Origin: Octopus bimaculoides
Taxonomy: Eukaryota
DNA: 63,981 bases
Direction: 5' to 3'
NCBI RefSeq assembly: GCF_001194135.2
Contig: NC_068994.1
Coordinates: 50,644,962 to 50,708,942, forward strand
Part shown: in pieces, positions 11,221 through 23,130 of the stretch
Layout of the letters: each line of letters begins with the position of its first letter
Numbering within the stretch: position 1 is the first letter of the stretch
The notes under the pieces: model-generated
Seen by the model: the letters and a program-made list of their open reading frames with translations, nothing else
Database searches by the model: none
What the model was told of the DNA's origin: nothing
Translations under genes and position numbers: made by a program

Positions 11221-11570
11221 CAACCAGCGTCGCCTTCCTGGCACTTGTGCCGCAGCTTCACGTAACTGGCACTTGTGCCGGTGGCATGGGAAAAGTCATT
11301 TGAATGAGATTGTTGCCAGTGCCGCTGGACTGGCTCCTGTGCAGGTGGCACATAAAATACACCATTTGGAGCGAGGCCGTTGGCAGTACTGCCTGACTGG
11401 CCTTCTTGCCGGTGGCACGTAAAAGCACCCACTACACTCTCAGAGTGGTTGGCGTTAGGAAGGGCATCCAGCTGTAGAAACTCTGCCAAATCAGATTGGA
11501 GCCTGGTGTAGCCATCTGGTTTCACCAGTCCTCAGTCAAATCGTCCAACCCATGCTAGCATGGAAAGCGG

Positions 11571-11571
<1 letters not shown>
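11221..11571 (+). mobile_element. SINE family B, long copy with internal gtggcacgtaaaa subrepeats; right member of the inverted pair
   Basis: gtggttggcgttaggaagggcatccagctgtagaaactctgccaaatcagattggagcc...gtccaacccatgctagcatggaaagcggac. Confidence 0.9.
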
Positions 11572-11620
<49 letters not shown>

Positions 11621-12667
11621 GAGAGATACAAACACACACATTAAATTGGAGAGTCTTTGATTGCATATGTCTACTGGATTAGGTATGCTCTTGGGCTAAA
11701 CCAGATCTATACCTCTCTTGTAGTTGCTGTTGTATTGAAGAAGAAAATCTCAGTTGTTGCCACCAAATGGCAATATGTTGTTATTGCTGGTGTTTGGCCC
11801 ATGCCAGCCTTGACTAAGCAGATCAGAGAGGTTACATCTATAGCCTACTCATGTTTTCTTTTGTTACCCCACCCCAATAATTATAGCCCTACATTAATTG
11901 TGTTTGTAGGATGTGATGGTGGGGATTGATTTGACTGCTGTTATTTATAACAGGTTAAACCACCAATATAGAGCAATCTTTTTTTTTCTGAGCTTCTGAC
12001 TCGCCCCAGCTTGTACCCTAGTCTCTAGATCACAAGCATCAGTCGTATTATTCTTAACTAGGTCACTTCAGTTACATAATACATTCCATAAAGCTCTCTT
12101 GAATATGGTTAGTGTTATTTCGGTTACTTAAAGCATATAATTACATATAAAGTAATGCAATCAGAATTCTCTAATTAGCAATACGTAAGATTATGTGGGG
12201 AAATAATTGTGACTATATTGTTATACAAAAGGGCTATTGTATTTTCTGCATTGGAATGAGGACATTTATTTATCTCTATATATGTTTGCAAATTTGTTTG
12301 TTTGCTTTCCCATGTTAGCATGGGTTAGATAAATATACTATTTGGGGCATTATTTTAATAGCTGGACGTCTTGCCTGTCACAAGTAAGGGACCACTTATT
12401 TCACACACCTTCAAAGATGTGAGAGAAGCAGACAGTACCAATAAGTATCTTTTGTAGCAACCTTTGTTGAGCACAGATATAAACAACCACACAACACACA
12501 CATTCAGATACACATGCATATATACAGACATATGCACCAGCATGTATGCAGATACACATGAATATACAGACTCACACAGCAAACACATACACACACACAC
12601 AAACAAAAGGCTACACAGGCTTCTTTCTGTTTCCACCTATCAAATTCACTCACAAGGTATTGCTCAG

Positions 12668-12915
12668 ACATGGTGTGTATAAAGAAGGCTCTTGAGTAAA
12701 GAAGTGCCAAGTGATCCAAGAGAATAGAAACCTGCTGGTTCCACTTGGAACACTCACAGAAGAAGAAAACCGAAGAAGACAGGAAAGGAAGTGATGAAAG
12801 CTGATCTTCATAGTTTGAATTTCACAGAGGAAATAACAAGGACCCATGGCATCACATCAAGTGGTGGCTTATTGTACTAGAAAAGGCCCATCCAGTTTGT
12901 GCTAGTATGGAAAAA
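12668..12915 (+). pseudogene. RTE-clade LINE 3' end (decayed C-terminus)
   Basis: ...STWNTHRRRKPKKTGKEVMKADLHSLNFTEEIT resembles the RTE C-terminal G.RGRGRP.KTW..VV..DL..LGLT.EM motif. Confidence 0.65.
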
Positions 12916-13289
12916 ATAGGCCTAAAATGATATCTGGTCTATTTGTGTTTACATATCTTTCATCCAAGCATATCAGTAAAAGATGTAGCCATAGTGAGAT
13001 AACCAAATACCAAAAGCACTCTTTGGTATTTAGAACAAATGCCAAACTGTGCTTTGGTATTTGTTCTATCTTAACTGCACAGACAATTCCTTGTGATTCT
13101 TGCCACCAGAAATGCAGTGAACCAGTGATTGACCTAATGAAAACCTGTAACCAATGTTGTTATTGCTCGCCAAATGTGATATATAATTTTAAAAAAAATA
13201 AAATGAAATGTGTCTACAGAGTGACAGACTAACATTTCAACAGTAATTAGGTTTATTCTCTTCTCTACTCTCTCTTTCTCTCTCTCTCT

Positions 13290-13715
13290 CTTGTGCCATG
13301 CCTACAGGTATCTTTGTTCAAGGACTGCCATGCCTCCTGCCCTATACACAACTTATCATATCACTGAGCCAGCCTTTCTAAAGCCAGCTGATAGCCCTGT
13401 GAATATCTTCTCTCTCTGTATTCCCTGGCTTCTTCCTTTCAGTTTCTTGGTTGTCACCTTGTGCTCAAGGCTTCTTTCTATATAAGTGTCCAATGAAATG
13501 AGCCTGTTGTCTTTATGTGATTGAGAAGCTTTCCCATGGCTCTTGCTTGTCTAAAGATTTTGATGTTTGTCACTCCATCTGCATAGGACAAGAGCATCCT
13601 TCTAAGGAATCATACCTCTGCAGCATTGATGAACTTTTGCACTTGTTTGTTGATGTTCCAGATTACAGAACCATATGTAAGGGTGGGTTGTACGTATGCC
13701 CCTGGGACTTTTTAC
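13290..13715 (-). pseudogene. RTE-clade LINE ORF2 C-terminal fragment
   Basis: Minus strand gives VQPTLTYGSVIWNINKQVQKFINAAEV*FLRRML.SYADGVTN.KIF.QA...LL..I, matching RTE P.LLYG.E.W......L.A.EMWFLRRML.ISW...VTNE.V. Confidence 0.8.
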
Positions 13716-13727
13716 CTTACTCTAGCT

Positions 13728-13965
13728 CAGTGGTTTTCAAACAAAGTCCATATAAAATTTTTCTTTGTTAAAATTTATCTGCAATAAATTGTTTATACTT
13801 CTACCAATACACAATGTTTTAACAATTAATTTTATACAATTCCTAATAATATTTAATTATGAAAATATAATAAGACTGTTTTAAACATCGAATGTCTATG
13901 GGGATCCAGTTGAGTAAAATAGTAATCAAACGGGTCCATAAGCAAAGAAAGGTTGCAAACCACTG
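13728..13965. mobile_element. hAT/Charlie-type MITE
   Basis: TIRs cagtggttttcaaac / gttgcaaaccactg; flanks ctctagct / ctccagat (6/8 match, NTCTAGAN-like target). Confidence 0.75.
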
Positions 13966-14975
13966 CTCCAGATGGTAACCATTTATTTGGCAATTTATGT
14001 TTGATTGAATTTTATCCCTCCTGGCTCTAAGTTCCATTCACATCTGTCTTCATTTCAATATTATTATAGTTTGAATGCTGAGATATTACCATGGTTTGAA
14101 CGTTTGATAGAAACAGAAGACCATAAGGTTAAATGCTCTGCTGTATTTAATCTTATTTATCCTTCTACATCTCTCTTCCTTTATAGTGTCCTGCTGTGGC
14201 AGGAATAGATATACTATGTTCTTCATTCCTCTGGAATTGATAAACTATAACCCTGTCATGTCCTGGTGTTGATTCCATTAATTATCTTCTTTTCCTTATT
14301 AAAATTATCCTTGTGCCTCAATAAGAAACCAATATTGTTATATAACCAATGAGAAAGTGTGATAGAAGGACCACCAAAACTCCCTTGAATCACTTAATGT
14401 TGTCTCAAAGACAAATTAGATAAAGCTACACTGATTTTATATGGCCCATGATACACTGGTTGAAAAAAAATTACTGTGTACCTTGGCTTGGATGCATTTT
14501 AACCATGTCAGTGGGGGTAGGAGCAGCTGTGTGGTTTAGAAATTCATTTTGCACACACACATATACACACACGCACACACACACATACACACTGGATCAT
14601 ATAGTTGTAAATTTCTAGATACATTGTATCTGAAAAAAAATCAAAATTTGGTGTGGTCATACATTAGAACGTTTTCCCTCTTAAGATGTCTTGATAAGAG
14701 CTGAACTAGAGCTAAACAGTAACAACATTCAATCTCTTCTTATCTGTCAAGATAGTGACTCAGCAGAAAGAACAACAAACCTAACTAAATAAACACCTTT
14801 TGTCTTTTTACTTTATGACTTCATATCCTACAGATATTGACCTCAGATTCTTAAGGAATCTTGTTTATTTTTCCTCTCTTTTTTTTTTTTTGATTTTTTT
14901 TTTTTCTTTTACCGACTTTCAGTCATTGGACTACCTCCATCCTAGGGCACCGCCCTCTTCATGGATTTGATTTAC

Positions 14976-15439
14976 TGGTTCTCAACTGGGGNNNNNNNNN
15001 NNNNNNNNNNNNNNNNNNNNNNNNNNNNNNNNNNNNNNNNNNNNNNNNNNNNNNNNNNNNNNNNNNNNNNNNNNNNNNNNNNNNNNNNNNNNNNNNNNNN
15101 NNNNNNNNNNNNNNNNNNNNNNNNNNNNNNNNNNNNNNNNNNNNNNNNNNNGGGGGGGGGGCATATAAGATTGGGTGGGGGTCAACGCATGCAAAATAGT
15201 TAATTGGAGATCTAGAGTAGTATTTTAGGAGTCTGTGAAAAAAATTTTGCTTTCGGTGTATTTATTGCAAGAAACAGCTCAGTTTCTTTCTCTGTTTTCT
15301 GTAGTTCAACCTACACAAGTTAATGTGTGGAAGCACAAAGCAGGAATTTTGAAAAGAGTGAATGGCTAAGGGGGTCCACCAGGATAAAATAGAAATCAAA
15401 GAGGTGCATAGATAAGAAAAATGGCTGAGAACCACTGGT
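14976..15439. mobile_element. hAT/Charlie-type MITE spanning an N gap
   Basis: ctggttctcaactggg at the left end and ctgagaaccactgg at the right end. Related ends occur at 38968 and about 45510. Confidence 0.55.
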
Positions 15440-16268
15440 TCACCAAAAATTAGAAAGAATTATTATTGTTCCACCATCAATAACATTTTTCACCAGATTT
15501 TCCTTTTAACTGCTTTGGACTTCATATCAGAATATGAAAAAAAAAAAAAAAAAAAAAATACTGCCAATCAACCAAACAGCTGATCAAACAAAAATGTAAT
15601 TCTTAAAAAATTTAACAAACAAAAGTTGAAGCAAGCAAGACTCCCAACCAAAAAGAAAAAAATTTTTTTGTAGATTATTTCAAATATTCCTGTGTGCACC
15701 CTGCATGCCTCTCTCTAATTTTCGCTGTAACATAAGCGTAATTATGTCCAACTCTCTCCTTGTATGGAACAAATTAGGTAAAAGATATTTTTTTTTGTAA
15801 GAAGATAATAGCTGTCAACAGTTTTTTTACTGACCTTATTTATATATTTATCTACCTTATATATTTATTTTTTGCATGAATATATATAAAGATATATATA
15901 TATATATATATATAATCATAGGGTAGAAATGAGAAGAAAGAGAATAGAAAATGTTATAAATATTTTCTTGTCTCATCTACAGGAAGTTAGAGGAAATCTG
16001 AGACATATAACAGTTAGATAGATAGGAAGAGAAGGAGGGGGTTGGGCATTGTTTTATTGCATTTTCATCTCAATACCTTTCTTTCTTCTTCAAACTTTAT
16101 AAACCATCATCTCTATTTTTTGTTTCTCTTTTCAATATATTTTTCACTCAATGCAGGCAGGTAATAAGCAGTTGCTTCCATTGCATTGGGATGGGTTGGT
16201 AGTGGAAGTATAGCCCAGAGCATATATATGTATATATATANNNNNNNNNNTACTGCAATGTGTTCATA

Positions 16269-16665
16269 CAGGGCCGGATTAAGACCCATTAAAGCCCTAA
16301 GCACTTAAAATATTTTATTGCCCCCATAAAAGATTATGTAATTCAAAATAATAGCAATAATAAGCCATAAAATAATTTTTTATTTTTCAAAACAAAACAA
16401 AACAGTAAAAGGGAAAATAATGTTTATTTTTGTCTACTTCCACTTTATATTTGAAAAGTTTCCTCCTGCTTTTTTGAATTGCAAAGTCTTTGATCAGTTC
16501 CTCAAGATTAATCTTAGGTAACACATCTGATTCTATACTCAATAGAGATAATGGCATCCCGAATATTATTTTAACAAGTTTAAAGTGATTTCTTTTGTGC
16601 CGTAAACCATTTACCATTTCTGTGGTGCCCCACCTCCTTCCCTTGATGCCCTAAGTGCATGCTTA
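16269..16665 (-). mobile_element. hAT (Tip100/Zaphod-like) transposon end with transposase C-terminal remnant
   Basis: The terminus is cagggccggattaa. Minus strand reads LSLLSIESDVLPKINLEELIKDFAIQKSRRKLF*, like the hAT dimerisation-domain tail LA.LSIE.D....LD.D.II..FA..K.RK. Confidence 0.75.
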
Positions 16666-17720
16666 TTTTCTTAACAGAGACACTACTTAATGACTCAGTT
16701 TAGTTGTAAATTGGAACTACAAGTAATAATAGCTTACTGCTGTTAGTAGCAAAAGAACTGTCCTGACACAGTTACTACTGGATTACATTAACATTCCTTT
16801 CTCTAAAACTAGATTCCATAAATTATTTCTCTACCCACCCTTTATATCTCCAGGAGGTAATTCATCAGTCACTTAGCACTAGCAGGACAAGCTATGCTAC
16901 TAATGACAATTTTTATCATTCAGAAGATAAAATGATTCAGTGAAAACAACAGAAGAAACATATCTATTTTGAGGTGTTGGAATGTGGAGTTGTCCTGTGG
17001 TGTGTGTAATCAGTATCACAGTTGCCTGACAAGCAACAGGTGCAGAGTTCAATTTCCATCAGTGACTCTGATGTTTCTTGTTACTGTTTTCTGCCTCAAA
17101 TTGGTTATTTCATAAAGCTTAATTCCATTTACATTAAAATCTTAGCATTTAATTAATTTTCGTTGTAGGCAAGCTATAGCTATTGCACTGATTATCTGTG
17201 TTATATGAAGGAGAGACCAAGGAGCTATATTCTTTTATTTGTTTCAGTCATTTGACTACAGCCATGCTGGAGCACCTCCTTAAATATATTGATTTTCTCT
17301 TTCTTTGTGTGCACCTTGTCTTAGAAGTGTAACTTCTTTTTTTTTTTTATTCTAATACAAGAACAGTTTGTATTTTACTGTATTGTACATTATTGTGAAA
17401 TATTTTATCTAACTTTGTCCAGGACAAAAGAGAACTACAAAAATTTGAACTCAAAACAGCCTGCTACCTGACTGTTGTACTGCTTCCTACCAGAGCAAAG
17501 TTCACCTTGGAGGATAGGCCTAAACTATTGTGTGGATTTTTAATACCATCCCCACCCTGTTAAATCTTTGTACCAGATCCCCCATGCCCAGTTTTCTGAG
17601 CAGTCATTGACCCATAGGCCCTTTTTAGGGGGATCTCATAAACTTCACCTGTCAGAGAAAGTCTCCACCCCATCCTCTGCTCTGTTAACTACCTTAAACA
17701 ATTTTTCTTCCTTTTTTTCT

Positions 17721-17925
17721 TTAACCTTTTAGTATTCAGATTACTGTCAAATGTAATACTTCTTTAATCACATTGTTTTGAATTAACCATGCACTACCTT
17801 GTAATTCCCTCATTTTTAGAACAACATTGTAAGTTAAGTGTGAGAGGCCAGATCTGGCCAGTGTTATCATAAAACAAGTAGAATATTTGAGCTAGATATG
17901 GCCAGTTTAAATGCTAAAGGGTTAA
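17721..17925 (-). mobile_element. Complete TTAA/piggyBac-type MITE, family P1
   Basis: ttaa-ccttttagtattc ... ttaaatgctaaaggg-ttaa: imperfect TIRs with TTAA on both sides. Confidence 0.85.
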
Positions 17926-18619
17926 AGATTTATCTCTATCACATTCCTTTAATATTTATAAACAATTATGATGTTTGTAGAAATGAAATACAATGAACAA
18001 GAAAGTACATAGATGGTTAATAAAATTGAATTTAGTGTTTTGCATAAATTCTAATTATGATCTTTTAGTCTCTCTGCCACCCTCTCTCCACTCCTTCATA
18101 TCCCACCTGCAGGATATGAAAAAAATATATATATATAGGTCAGGAACCATTAGTTTGGTAATCCAATAATGTAGAAGTCTTCAAAATAGAATGGTATTTG
18201 AAATGCAGTATGGTGTGTAATGTGTGTTTAATCTATGGGTGGTTTTTCTGTTTTTGATTTTCCATGTGCATTTTAAAAATAAATAATTGAATTTCTTTTC
18301 ATGTATTTATTAATTAAATACTTTTTAACTGAAAGTAATTATGAAATTTTCCAATCAACATGATTCTGCTTCGTTTTTTTTTTTTGTGGGTAGGGATGAT
18401 TTTTTTCCTTTTTTTTTATATGTAGATGTAAGCACTGATGTAAAATGGAAACATAATCAGCATTTTCATCTGTAAAAACTGAGTATTTTACATAAAATTC
18501 AGCAAGCAGCTTCTTGTTACATAGGAGCTAGCTAGCTCTCTCTCTCTCTCTCTCTCTCTCATTCTCTCTCTCTCATTCATTCTCTCTCTCTCTCTCTCTC
18601 TCACTTTTCCTCTTTCTCT

Positions 18620-19012
18620 CTTTTACTTGTTTCAGTCATTTGACTGCGGCCTTTAGTCGAGAAAATTGACCAAAGCCTTGTGAGTGGATTTGGTAGACGG
18701 AAACTGAAAGAAGCCTGTCGTATATATGTATACGTATTTATTTATTTATGTGTTTCAGCCAAGTGGCTGCGGTCATGCTGGTGCACCACCGTGATATATA
18801 TATATATGTATGTGTGTGTCTGTGTTCCCCCCCCCCATCGCTTAACAACCGATGCTGGTGTGTTTACGTCCCCGTAATTTAGTTGTTCGGCAAAAGAGAC
18901 CGATAGAATAAGTACTAGGCTTCCAAAGAATAAGTCCTGGGGTTGATTTGCTTGACTAAAGGCGGTGCTCCAGCATGGCCACAGTCAAATGACTGAAAAG
19001 AGTAAAAGAGTA
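18620..19012 (+). mobile_element. SINE family C cluster: short reversed tail fragment followed by a forward copy
   Basis: tttacttgtttcagtcatttgactgcggcc (reversed tail), then gaccaaagccttgtgagtggatttgg...cagtcaaatgactgaaaagagtaaaagag. Confidence 0.8.
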
Positions 19013-19364
19013 ATTAAAACAATGATGGTTATATGTCACAGTTAGGAAAATCTTTCATGTAATTTCATTGCAATACACCAATACAACAATACAAACACTA
19101 CTTACCTAAAACCTAAAAAAATAGTGACTCAGCAACTATTTGGAAAATTTAAAGACCAAATGAAGGAATGCTTCGGTGTCTCTTTGTTATATGCAAAGAC
19201 ATTGCATTGCTCATTTGGTACCATTTTTTTTTTTTTTAGTGCTAATACACTAGTTTCTGATGCCAAACATTTCAAGTATTCCTATAATCCTGCTAATGTA
19301 GTTTATTTCATGATGAAGATAAATTTGAAGGGAAAAGGTTTGGTACCAGACTAAATGCTTTACA

Positions 19365-20342
19365 NNNNNNNNNNNNNNNNNNNNNNNNNNNNNNNNNNNN
19401 NNNNNNNNNNNNNNNNNNNNNNNNNNNNNNNNNNNNNNNNNNNNNNNNNNNNNNNNNNNNNNNNNNNNNNNNNNNNNNNNNNNNNNNNNNNNNNNNNNNN
19501 NNNNNNNNNNNNNNNNNNNNNNNNNNNNNNNNNNNNNNNNNNNNNNNNNNNNNNNNNNNNNNNNNNNNNNNNNNNNNNNNNNNNNNNNNNNNNNNNNNNN
19601 NNNNNNNNNNNNNNNNNNNNNNNNNNNNNNNNNNNNNNNNNNNNNNNNNNNNNNNNNNNNNNNNNNNNNNNNNNNNNNNNNNNNNNNNNNNNNNNNNNNN
19701 NNNNNNNNNNNNNNNNNNNNNNNNNNNNNNNNNNNNNNNNNNNNNNNNNNNNNNNNNNNNNNNNNNNNNNNNNNNNNNNNNNNNNNNNNNNNNNNNNNNN
19801 NNNNNNNNNNNNNNNNNNNNNNNNNNNNNNNNNNNNNNNNNNNNNNNNNNNNNNNNNNNNNNNNNNNNNNNNNNNNNNNNNNNNNNNNNNNNNNNNNNNN
19901 NNNNNNNNNNNNNNNNNNNNNNNNNNNNNNNNNNNNNNNNNNNNNNNNNNNNNNNNNNNNNNNNNNNNNNNNNNNNNNNNNNNNNNNNNNNNNNNNNNNN
20001 NNNNNNNNNNNNNNNNNNNNNNNNNNNNNNNNNNNNNNNNNNNNNNNNNNNNNNNNNNNNNNNNNNNNNNNNNNNNNNNNNNNNNNNNNNNNNNNNNNNN
20101 NNNNNNNNNNNNNNNNNNNNNNNNNNNNNNNNNNNNNNNNNNNNNNNNNNNNNNNNNNNNNNNNNNNNNNNNNNNNNNNNNNNNNNNNNNNNNNNNNNNN
20201 NNNNNNNNNNNNNNNNNNNNNNNNNNNNNNNNNNNNNNNNNNNNNNNNNNNNNNNNNNNNNNNNNNNNNNNNNNNNNNNNNNNNNNNNNNNNNNNNNNNN
20301 NNNNNNNNNNNNNNNNNNNNNNNNNNNNNNNNNNNNNNNNNN
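19365..20342. other. Assembly gap (other large gaps at about 14992-15151, 23811-23905, 32430-32716, 36734-37179, 54490-54656 and 61094-62000)
   Basis: N runs; content unknown. Confidence 0.95.
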
Positions 20343-20435
20343 AATTTTTCCCTTTGCTGCTTCCTACATTAAAGCAGATAGGAATGTGAAACTGCTGTAT
20401 CTAGACATAAATATAATGCAGACATATAACACAAG

Positions 20436-20690
20436 TATGGTTGTGTGGTAAAAAGTTTGCTTCCCAACCATGTGGTTTCAGGTTCAGTCCCACTGTATGG
20501 CACCTTGGGCAAGTGTATTCAACTGTAGCCTTGGGCCAACTAAAGTCTTGTGAATGGATTTGGTAGGCAGAAACTGAAAGAAGTCCAGTGAGCTGGCAGA
20601 AACGTTAGCACGCCGGGCAAAATGCTTAGCGGTATTTCGTCTGCCGCTACGTTCTGAGTTCAAATTTTGCCGAGGTCGACTTTGCCTTTG
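20436..20690 (+). mobile_element. Family-C SINE 5' half joined directly to a family-A SINE 5' part
   Basis: ...gaaactgaaagaagtcca|gtgagctggcagaaacgttagcacgccgggcaaaatgcttagcgg...ctgagttcaaatt...gaggtcgactttgccttt. Confidence 0.85.
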
Positions 20691-21455
20691 TATTTAATGA
20701 AACTGTTATCATTGTTTTTGACAACACGAGTATACTAGTAGATTTCATTTTTTTTTTTTCTTTTAACAATTTCACATGAGCTTAAGATAGAAATAAATCA
20801 TTGATTTGAAATCCATCGATATATATCCACGTACTTTCTCCTCCACCACTCCTCATCTAACTATGAGACTTGTTAAATTTTGATTTTTCAAGGTGAATTC
20901 ATCATCTCACTTTGACCTTCATTCCATTGCGTTTTTCTAATCTACTACCACCACAACTATTACTACTACCACCACAACTACTAAATCATTATCACATCAT
21001 CACTCTCACCGTCACCTCTAAGTGTTTCAATATTTGTTAGGGTTTTTTTGGTTTTTTTTGTCTCTTTTTTTTCTTTCTTTCTTTTTGTGTTGTTTTTCGT
21101 CTGAATTTTTATTGAAAATTTCACCAATTTTTATTAAAAAATTTTCACAATTTAATCACAATTCACAATTTTAAAATAGATTTCTGCGTATTGATCTTCT
21201 CAAGATGTTTCGAAAGGATGTTTTATTTTTTACTTATTCTTTTAAATTCTTTTTTTTTTTTCCCGTTTCTTTTTACTTTACAATGTTTTCTTCTTTCAGT
21301 GTTACCATTTATTTGTCTATCTATCATTTTCTGTGAAAGTCATAATAGTAATGATGGTGACCACCACTAAGTAATTTTTTGCGAGTGTAGTAGTGGTGTT
21401 GGGGGTGGTTATATTAGTGTTATGGTGGTGGTGTTTAATCCCAGATCAGTCCTTA

Positions 21456-21660
21456 TTAACCCTTTAGCATTTAAATCAGCCATATCTGGCCAAAATAATC
21501 TACTTATGTTATCTCGAAAGTGGCCAGATCCGGCCTCTCACACTTATCCTACAATATTATTCTAAAAATAAACATTCACACCATTGAAATCTCAAAGTCA
21601 TAAGATAATGCATGATTAATTCAAATCAGTCTGAATAAATATGTATACCTTACATAGAAA
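21456..21660 (+). mobile_element. TTAA/piggyBac-type MITE, family P1
   Basis: ttaaccctttagcatttaaatcagccatatctggcc...gtggccagatccggcctctcacac. Confidence 0.8.
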
Positions 21661-21716
21661 CTCATCCAAGAGTTTTGTTCTCCAATGTGCCCTTTCTTTT
21701 GTTACCATATTTCTGG

Positions 21717-22071
21717 TAACCTTTTTGCTACCATATTTCTGTTGAGATGCTCAGTGTTTCTTTCAATTAATTTTAAATATAACTAAAAATTTAGTAAAAT
21801 ATTACGGAGATGTACTTGCATAGCAAGCGACCTGATCTGAGATTGTGTGCTGAAACGAAAACAATTGCAGTGTGGAAGGTGTTTATAAGCCATTTAATAA
21901 ATGGCTTATAAACACCTTCCATGCTGCAATTGTTTAGTAAAATAACTTTATCATTAAGCTAGTGTTAGGAACATAAATTGTGGAAGATTTTAATTCAGAA
22001 CTTTTGAAAACAAGACATTTGTACTACAGAGCCAGAGGCAGTTTCAGGTGGGTTGGTATCGAAAGGGTTAA
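21717..22071 (-). mobile_element. TTAA/piggyBac-type MITE, family P2, interrupted by a fold-back insertion
   Basis: Ends taacctttttgctacc ... ggtatcgaaaggg-ttaa; the body matches 29630-29715, 30630-30770 and 47390-47551. Confidence 0.8.
21801..21932. mobile_element. 132-bp insertion ending in a 38-bp fold-back, flanked by an 11-bp direct repeat
   Basis: tttagtaaaat at 21790-21800 and 21933-21943; inverted arms at 21859-21896 and 21898-21935. Confidence 0.8.
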
Positions 22072-22699
22072 GACAAGTAAAGTGGGTTGTGTCTTGGAAG
22101 AGTCATTACACCAATAATGATACATGCACTGGTTCAATATCACTTCTTTATTGCTAGTTAGTTGGTTGGTTAAATATCTCACCAACTAGCTAATTGATCA
22201 TTTGTTTAATGTGCTGGTTAAACAATCAATCGGTTGTTTGTTTGTCAAAGTTGTTTTCATCACTGTTAGTGACCTTTTTAGTGAGATTTGAGGAAAATTT
22301 GGTTGCTACTTTCAACAGGTCTAGCAACCTTGGTGGTGGTAGTAGTAATGGTGGCTCTCTCTCTCTTAGAGCTGTGCAGGAATACTGTTTTCATGTATGA
22401 GGTACAGAATGTGTTTAAGTGTTTGCTTGGTGATGTGTATTGATATATTGCTGATCTGAATGTATTGATATGATAGTATCTTATTACTTTGCCTTCCACC
22501 TACACCTCATATATAAGCATACACTTTGTAAAAAAAAAAAGGCAGGCTACCCCCCTCCCTCTCATCCACCATCGCCCTTTTATCTCTTATCAACTGAGAT
22601 TATTGACAAGCTAAGACAACTCCTATGGCCAGGAATGTTACTTCCCTGTCACCTCTGCCACCTACACACCAACCACCACCACCACCAAGACAAAGTGAG

Positions 22700-23130
22700 A
22701 GCTTCTGTATGATCACAGAACTTGCTAGAAATGGCAGCCAAATCTCTCCCTTGCTTTACATTATATTGTATTAGAAAAGAACATGCTGGATAGTGTTGTC
22801 TTGAGTGGTCATCTCCAGAATACCTTTGATCATAGTCTACTTGGTCAGTGCTTACCTGATGTTAAATAACTGGGGTAATAACACTGTTCTACCTGCTGAC
22901 CTACAGTATTCCTTTATGTATGTTAGTGCTAGAAATAACAGCCAAATCTCCCTTATATTCTGCCTTATTGTTATGAAAACTGGGAAAAACACATTGAACA
23001 ATGACGTCCAAGGTGCACCCTGTTGGCAAATAAATACATTTGTAAATAGACAGGATGGTCATGGGTGAAAAGAGTTTTGACCATAGGGCTGTTTGATCAG
23101 GGTTTGATCACTTTTGACTTGGGGTTAAAG
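22700..23130 (+). repeat. Two tandem diverged copies of an unclassified interspersed repeat (family F)
   Basis: ctagaaatggcagccaaatctc...ggtcatctccagaatacctttgatcatag and ctagaaataacagccaaatctcc...ggatggtcatgg...ttttgaccatag. Related pieces occur near 26372, 28665, 37450, 38340 and 50525. Confidence 0.6.

Noticed and set aside
16825-16862. Possible 3-nt microexon ctccag|GAG|gtaatt
   Set aside because: Chance-level motif with no host gene or other supporting signal.
19095-19125. Minus-strand ttttag|GTAAGT recursive-site-like motif
   Set aside because: It has an internal AG in a short tract and is on the opposite strand to the other candidates; it mainly shows that such motifs arise by chance.
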